NCBI GenBank assembly: GCA_048882505.1
Contig: JBHLRO010000019.1
Span: 1-32,000, forward strand
Source of the DNA: Candidatus Thorarchaeota archaeon
GTDB lineage: Archaea; Asgardarchaeota; Heimdallarchaeia; Hodarchaeales; Hodarchaeaceae
DNA length: 32,000 bases
Direction of reading: 5' to 3'
Below, piece after piece: positions 27,774 to 32,000 of the stretch. Position 1 is the first letter of the stretch; each line of letters starts with the position of its first letter. Under the pieces are notes generated by a model. That model did not search any database, was not told the DNA's origin, and saw only the letters and a list, made by a program, of their open reading frames with translations. A program made the translations under genes and the position numbers.

Positions 27774-28367
27774 GTGTCGGTAATCAGATACTTTGGGGTA
27801 AAAATATTGACATATAGCTATTTTGAACTAGCTTCTGTTTTAAAACAGCTACTAGGTTGGACTTCAGAGCAAGCCCAAGAGGGAGCACGTTTAATTGATA
27901 AATTAACTCCTGAAGAAGTTTTAGCGAGTTTAAAAGCGGTGTCAAAACTTCAAACTTCCAAGTCCACGGTGGGAAGACCAAAATCCTATGCATCGGCATG
28001 GATTTTGCTTCAAAATAATCTTGTAACGCTCGAAGAGTTCGAAACAATTGTACAGCGCCAATTGGTAAATCAAGAAATCAAACGTGATACCTTTTATCGG
28101 GCGATGAGAAACGCTAGGAAATTTATTAGACAACTAGATCAGCTTAGAAGAGAAAGCGATGAGCTTACGAGTTACGAAAGTATCTGGGTTGCATTTCAAG
28201 CCAATCGTCTCTCTCCCGAGCAGTTTAAACTTAAAATGCTGGAATTATATAATGATGGAGTAATTGATGAGAAAAAGTACCGTCACGCCCTCGTTGAAAT
28301 TGAGAAGATCATAACCATCCAAAAACGTATGATTGAACATCAACTCGAAGAAATACGGAAAAAATGA
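27774..28367 (+). CDS. Hypothetical protein with a 62-aa tandem repeat (SHOCT-like hairpins); the reading frame extends upstream to 27720 with an RHH-like segment
   Basis: SYASAWILLQNNLVTLEEF...I....FYRA aligns without gaps to SYESIWVAFQANRLSPEQF...I....YRHA. A GRPK motif precedes the repeats. Confidence 0.65.
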   Translation: MSVIRYFGVKILTYSYFELASVLKQLLGWTSEQAQEGARLIDKLTPEEVLASLKAVSKLQTSKSTVGRPKSYASAWILLQNNLVTLEEFETIVQRQLVNQEIKRDTFYRAMRNARKFIRQLDQLRRESDELTSYESIWVAFQANRLSPEQFKLKMLELYNDGVIDEKKYRHALVEIEKIITIQKRMIEHQLEEIRKK

Positions 28368-28418
28368 AGGATCCGACACCTCCTTTTAAGGGAGAGGGGG
28401 ACCGCCAAAACCTATCCG

Positions 28419-28437
28419 AAAACCCCCAATGGGTTTT
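28419..28437. terminator. 7-bp hairpin
   Basis: AAAACCC-CCAAT-GGGTTTT. A second hairpin, CTCC..GGAG, lies at 28380-28394. Confidence 0.4.
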
Positions 28438-28486
28438 AGATCTAGTACAAAAGATGGGCAGGTTAATGGAATTTTGGTGAATAAAG

Positions 28487-29266
28487 ATGTTAGAAGGTCT
28501 TATTGTAAGCATTGGGGTTTTTTTCCTTATTGGTCTGATTACCTTGGCCGGTGCTCGATATACAGTGTATATTGATTCTCCTCGGGCCTTGATCGGTGCT
28601 TATATTTTATTCCTCACGCTTGCCCAGTTCTTTGCTGCGAAAATTGCGAGTTTTGACTTTGGATTTATAGCAGTAGTCGCACCTGTCGGAGTAATTGTGT
28701 TTCCATTCACCCTTCAAATAACAGATATGGTAAATGAGAGGTTTGGGCGACGAAAAGTATATGAGATGATCTGGATTGCATTAGCTAGTCAAATATGTAT
28801 GGTTGTCCTTCTACTGTTGGCTACCATGCTACCTATGGCATTTCCAGATCCAGATCCGTTGGCGAGTTTTGCCATTGTTCCCTCGATTACCATGGCATCT
28901 TGGATAGCGTTCTTAGTCAGTGAACGCTTCGACGCATGGATTTATGATCTCATTAGGGGATGGATCGATTCTCAAGCAGAATGGTATAAGTATCTGTGGA
29001 TCAGGAACGTGGTCAGTGATATTTTAAGCCTAGCGTTGGATTCGATGATTTTTGTTCCCCTGGCATTTAATCTTCTCCCCAATGCACTTGGTGCTATTGA
29101 TCCCGCTGCTTTAAACCTTGTTACTCCGTGGGATGTGATCATGACGTTGATTATTGGCCAAATCATTGCGAAATGGTTCCTTGGTTTAATTGACACTCCC
29201 TTTATGTATTTAACAAGATGGATTTACGAACTGTCGCCCTCAAAAACTACCTACACTGATACCTAA
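28487..29266 (+). CDS. yhhQ: Queuosine/archaeosine precursor transporter (VUT family, DUF165)
   Basis: KIASF, GVIVFPFTLQITDMVNERFG, ASWIAFLVSERFD.WIY, LWIRN..SD.LS..LDS.IF..LAF, GQ...KW......TPFMY. Confidence 0.88.
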   Translation: MLEGLIVSIGVFFLIGLITLAGARYTVYIDSPRALIGAYILFLTLAQFFAAKIASFDFGFIAVVAPVGVIVFPFTLQITDMVNERFGRRKVYEMIWIALASQICMVVLLLLATMLPMAFPDPDPLASFAIVPSITMASWIAFLVSERFDAWIYDLIRGWIDSQAEWYKYLWIRNVVSDILSLALDSMIFVPLAFNLLPNALGAIDPAALNLVTPWDVIMTLIIGQIIAKWFLGLIDTPFMYLTRWIYELSPSKTTYTDT

Positions 29267-29275
29267 CTTTGAACG

Positions 29276-31450
29276 CTAGATTAATTTGTCTGCTAATCGA
29301 TCGAGCACAGTTTGTACAGGTAAAAGCGTGCCATTCAAGTAGACTTGGGGATAATGTAGAGAGTAATGATGTAATCCCACTCCAAATCGGACGACCAATC
29401 TATCTTCCTTTCGGATATCTCGCTGTAATGGCAATTTGCTAATTTCTACCATCTTTTCCTCGATTTCTTGTTCAATTACTGGGAGAAGCTTGGGCCAGGA
29501 AATCTTTTCCGGTTTTTGCACACGTTGTTTACAAACAAAAATGGCATCAAATTCAATGCTCGATTTCCCTCTAATTTGGGTTGATGTTTTCATTTCAGAC
29601 CATACTGGATAAACTGCTACGATATAAAAGCCATTTTCCAAAACACTTTGGGTCATCACCGCCCAAGCCTCCACCTTTTTATGATGGAACGTGAAAATCA
29701 TTAGACCTTCGGGTTTCAGGACTCGTCTGGCCTCGTTGAATACGGAACTTAGATCTTTCTGGAAATCGATGGACGCTTTTTTTCTTGTTATATTCGTGAC
29801 GATCTCTGCTTTTTTAGGTGAAAGGGGTGGTTGAAACCAGGGATAGGTATCTTTTAGACCTAGCCGGAGCCAAACGTAATAAAAATCTGCCAATTCGCCG
29901 TACTGAACATTACCAGCATATGGTGGATCTGTAATAACCAGATCAATTGTATTTGTCGGAACTTCTAACTCCTGAGACGCAGAGCAATAAAGTAGCACAG
30001 AACTGGTATCTAAATCCCTTTCTCTTCGGCCCATATCTCGGTGAGATCCAACGATATTTCCCTTAATGGGCCTCTTCATTACTCGTCGTTTCGATTCGCC
30101 CGAAGGTGTAATATAATATTCATAGGGAGTTCTGCAATAGTCTTTTATTCGAATAGTTTTTGCAAAGAAATTCTTGAATGTTCCAGTGCCATAACGAGCT
30201 CCCCATACATTATTTTCAACTGGATTTAAGGCATTTACATAGGCGTGTTTTCGATAAAGATTATAGACATAGTGATTCTTGCGGTGATATTCACACAAAA
30301 GGTTCTGGTATTCTAAGGCAGTAGAAAATGTAATCAATAGAAATTCTCGGATGTTTTCGTCTGTAATCCTGAGAATCGCATTTAATAGCTTACCCAGAGA
30401 GAGCAACTGTCGCTCATTGAACATCTCTGCAAATGTATTTATGCCGTGGTTGTGTAGTTCTTTAGTTTTGTCCCCTGGAGGGATTTCTTGAGACGGAACA
30501 GGGAGTATGTCTTTCATGGCAGCCCATTCGGTTTTTGCCTTTTCAAAAAGAAGTAGATCGGAGTTCCCTGCACGTTTATATCTACGTTTCATGCACGACG
30601 AGCAGTAATATTCTATAGCATACAACCGCATACGTCTTTTCTGGGATAGATTTGCAGACACTATTCTGTTTGAATGGTTACAGGCTGGACAACGGTAATA
30701 GCCACGTTTTGCAGTGAACTCGGTAGGATCGAATTCTTTTGCGCATTCAGGACATTTAACTTGCGTTATAGCGCTAGATGTAAAAATTTGCTCACATTCG
30801 GGACAAATAACGTGTATAGATGCCTTCTTTTTTTCGTAAGCGAAAATATAACTGCGAAACAAAGCAATCTCCGTTTTGCAATTCTCACAGGTGATTTCCT
30901 TTATCCAAAAATAATACATTACGTCAGCTTCGAGAGAACAGACATCACATGGTGTTTTGTAGTATTCTAGCAACTCTTGTCTTAGATCTGCTGATAAATT
31001 CTGAAACTCTGCTTCAAGAATATCTAAATCAACGGAATCAACACTTTTTTTTACAGTAAACCATGCTACAGGATTTAAATCACCTCCAATGACTTTTCCA
31101 AAGCCTAAACGAACCGCTTCAAGGATGGTAGTGCCCCCACCCATAAAAGGATCCAGGATGGATAGTTCGGAAAAATTGTATTCTTTTAGATATGTCTGCC
31201 AGAATTCTTCTTCACTCTCATACACGTGTTGCCCAGATAGATTGGTTGCGCTGTAAATCAAAATCGACCTGAAGACTGAACCAAGACGTCGAGCAAACCA
31301 TTTATGCAGTGTAAGGACTGGCCTGTAATATCGTTTTGCGTTGCTTTCCCTGTAGGCTAACTTGCTTACTAATGTATAAGGAAAATAGTACTCAATTGTT
31401 TTCCTAATTGAACAGGGAGAAGGACTATCTGTCATACTGTGCTCACACAA
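29276..31450 (-). CDS. DUF1156-type adenine-specific DNA methylase with Zn ribbons (COG1743-like)
   Basis: HKWFARRLGSVFR, ILDPFMGGGTTILEA, DLNPVA, six CxxC pairs, ITDPPY...YGELADFYYVWLR. Confidence 0.88.
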   Translation of the reverse strand: MCEHSMTDSPSPCSIRKTIEYYFPYTLVSKLAYRESNAKRYYRPVLTLHKWFARRLGSVFRSILIYSATNLSGQHVYESEEEFWQTYLKEYNFSELSILDPFMGGGTTILEAVRLGFGKVIGGDLNPVAWFTVKKSVDSVDLDILEAEFQNLSADLRQELLEYYKTPCDVCSLEADVMYYFWIKEITCENCKTEIALFRSYIFAYEKKKASIHVICPECEQIFTSSAITQVKCPECAKEFDPTEFTAKRGYYRCPACNHSNRIVSANLSQKRRMRLYAIEYYCSSCMKRRYKRAGNSDLLLFEKAKTEWAAMKDILPVPSQEIPPGDKTKELHNHGINTFAEMFNERQLLSLGKLLNAILRITDENIREFLLITFSTALEYQNLLCEYHRKNHYVYNLYRKHAYVNALNPVENNVWGARYGTGTFKNFFAKTIRIKDYCRTPYEYYITPSGESKRRVMKRPIKGNIVGSHRDMGRRERDLDTSSVLLYCSASQELEVPTNTIDLVITDPPYAGNVQYGELADFYYVWLRLGLKDTYPWFQPPLSPKKAEIVTNITRKKASIDFQKDLSSVFNEARRVLKPEGLMIFTFHHKKVEAWAVMTQSVLENGFYIVAVYPVWSEMKTSTQIRGKSSIEFDAIFVCKQRVQKPEKISWPKLLPVIEQEIEEKMVEISKLPLQRDIRKEDRLVVRFGVGLHHYSLHYPQVYLNGTLLPVQTVLDRLADKLI

Positions 31451-31501
31451 TTGAAATAGTCATAGATTAAACCAAAGCGGTATTAACCGAGAATAATTTT
31501 C

Positions 31502-32000
31502 TCAGGAGGTTGGAATGTGAATTCCAAAGGCTAGAACTGGCAAATATATAAGAGCAGCAAATATTGCTGATACAGGAGTGGTTATAACCCAGCTTAATCC
31601 GATTTCTTTTAATGAATCCCTATCAACTTTCTCCTTATTTACAAAACCAACACCAATGAAGGCTGCAACTAAAATGTGGGATCCTGACAGGGGTATCCCC
31701 ATCAATGTCCCAAAAAACATGATGAAGCTTACTGAAATCGATGCTGATAGAGCGGATGTCGGAGAAAGAGCAACTACATCTGAGGAAAGCTTTTTCACTA
31801 CCCGTCTCCCAATCAATATGACTCCTAAACACATACCCAATCCTCCCGCGAACAGTGCAGGAAAGGGATCGGCGCTGAACTCTTCTATGGCCATTAAAGG
31901 TCCGATGGCCTTGGCTACGTCGTTTCCAGCGCGACTGAAAACCGAAACCAGAAGGAAGACAGCCAAAGCATAAGAGGCTATCTTTTCTTGACGTTCATAA
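31502..32000 (-). CDS. PiT (PHO4) family anion permease, C-terminal part (5' end outside the window)
   Basis: The frame is open to the window edge. Motifs AGNDVAKAIGPL, GRRVVKKL, GIPLSGSH..V...IGVG and SWVITTP match the C-terminal PiT repeat. Confidence 0.85.
   Translation of the reverse strand, partial: YERQEKIASYALAVFLLVSVFSRAGNDVAKAIGPLMAIEEFSADPFPALFAGGLGMCLGVILIGRRVVKKLSSDVVALSPTSALSASISVSFIMFFGTLMGIPLSGSHILVAAFIGVGFVNKEKVDRDSLKEIGLSWVITTPVSAIFAALIYLPVLAFGIHIPTS

Noticed and set aside
28487-31450. 7-deazaguanine DNA-modification (dpd) island suggested by yhhQ beside a DNA methylase
   Set aside because: No dpdA/tgt, queC, queD, queE or folE in the window, and the genes are convergent. 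yhhQ is explained by tRNA archaeosine or queuosine salvage.
12275-31450. The two methyltransferases as a single defence island
   Set aside because: They are 15 kb apart, separated by housekeeping genes, with no nuclease, ATPase or integrase.
778-31973. The many 60-140 aa ORFs nested in or antisense to the called genes (e.g. 2593..3012, 3196..3600, 12352..12753, 24460..24789, 31578..31973)
   Set aside because: These are shadow frames of well-supported genes, with no family motifs.
1-32000. CRISPR arrays, tRNA or rRNA genes, transposases or integrases
   Set aside because: None seen on manual inspection of the intergenic regions and the ORF set. tRNAscan-SE and a CRISPR finder would confirm.

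Overview
Archaeal chromosomal window, most likely from an Asgard archaeon (inference from a DGGGP-synthase-like UbiA, geranylgeranyl reductase-family genes and two longin-like proteins). Left part: a partial YbjN-like gene missed by the ORF track, an M42 peptidase, a TM287/288-type heterodimeric ABC exporter, uvrA, a PAS-histidine kinase, a GGR plus ICMT/PEMT-like pair, and an orphan NPPY adenine methyltransferase. Middle part: a double-longin-like protein, YbaK with a tiny Zn-finger gene, a GNAT, a NIF3-like gene, and an EndoIII-like gene with an altered catalytic motif. At 19-27 kb lies a putative isoprenoid/membrane cluster: a repeat membrane protein, UbiA, a 7TM-longin fusion, an FAD reductase, and a 1218-aa DUF362/Vps62-like/multi-TM fusion. 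At 27.2-28.4 kb an island holds a highly structured GC-rich non-coding element and a SHOCT-like repeat gene whose apparent RHH N-terminus lies out of frame with its ATG. The window ends with a VUT transporter, an orphan DUF1156-type methylase and a partial PiT transporter. I saw no rRNA, tRNA, CRISPR array or transposase. All family assignments are motif recognition by eye; no searches were run.
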